Assembly: GCA_009914755.4 (NCBI GenBank)
Contig: CP068257.2
Location: 29,024,001 to 29,088,000, forward strand
Source of the DNA: the human T2T-CHM13v2.0 reference genome, Homo sapiens
Length of the DNA: 64,000 nt
Direction: 5' to 3'
How positions within the stretch are numbered: position 1 is the first letter of the stretch; the number at the start of each line of letters is the position of its first letter. Positions 63,961 to 64,000 of the stretch are shown piece after piece. The position numbers and the translations under genes were made by a program. The notes under the pieces are model-generated. The model did no database searches. It saw only the letters and a list, made by a program, of their open reading frames with translations, and was not told where the DNA came from.

Positions 63961-64000
63961 TACCTGAGCACAGTGGCTCACACCTGTAACTTCACCACTT
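63961..64000 (+). mobile_element. 5' start of another Alu, cut by the window end
   Basis: 'gtacctgagcacagtggctcacacctgtaacttcaccactt'. Confidence 0.7.

Overview
This window is primate, most likely human, nuclear DNA. It is AT-rich, CpG-poor and mostly interspersed repeats, and I found no prokaryotic features (no operons, CRISPR, rRNA or tRNA). Most ORFs of 60 aa or more in the six-frame track are translations of L1 ORF2, Alu, or THE1/MaLR internal sequence; none of the rest is a supported host gene. Repeat content I can recognise by eye: about 14 Alu copies or fragments, including one young AluYb8 with a perfect target-site duplication; many L1 fragments of several ages, including a young L1PA insertion with a classic twin-priming 5' inversion; two complete LTR-internal-LTR THE1-type MaLR elements in opposite orientation; several solo THE1/MST LTRs; about ten other MaLR-group LTRs; two related ERV1-like LTRs; MIR; two MER20-like DNA-transposon relics; and microsatellites. 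The only gene-like content is a compact intronless minus-strand ORF at 61526-61702, rich in Cys/Gly/Tyr like the high-glycine-tyrosine keratin-associated proteins (KRTAP), with a TATA-like element about 70 bp upstream. Two or three weaker, frameshifted KRTAP-like relics lie elsewhere, so the window may sit inside a KRTAP cluster. I see nothing that qualifies as a previously undescribed system. The findings are transposon structures plus the candidate KRTAP-like locus. Coordinates are by-eye and approximate to about ±10 bp unless a junction is quoted. Repeat family names come from remembered consensus sequences and should be confirmed with RepeatMasker/Dfam.
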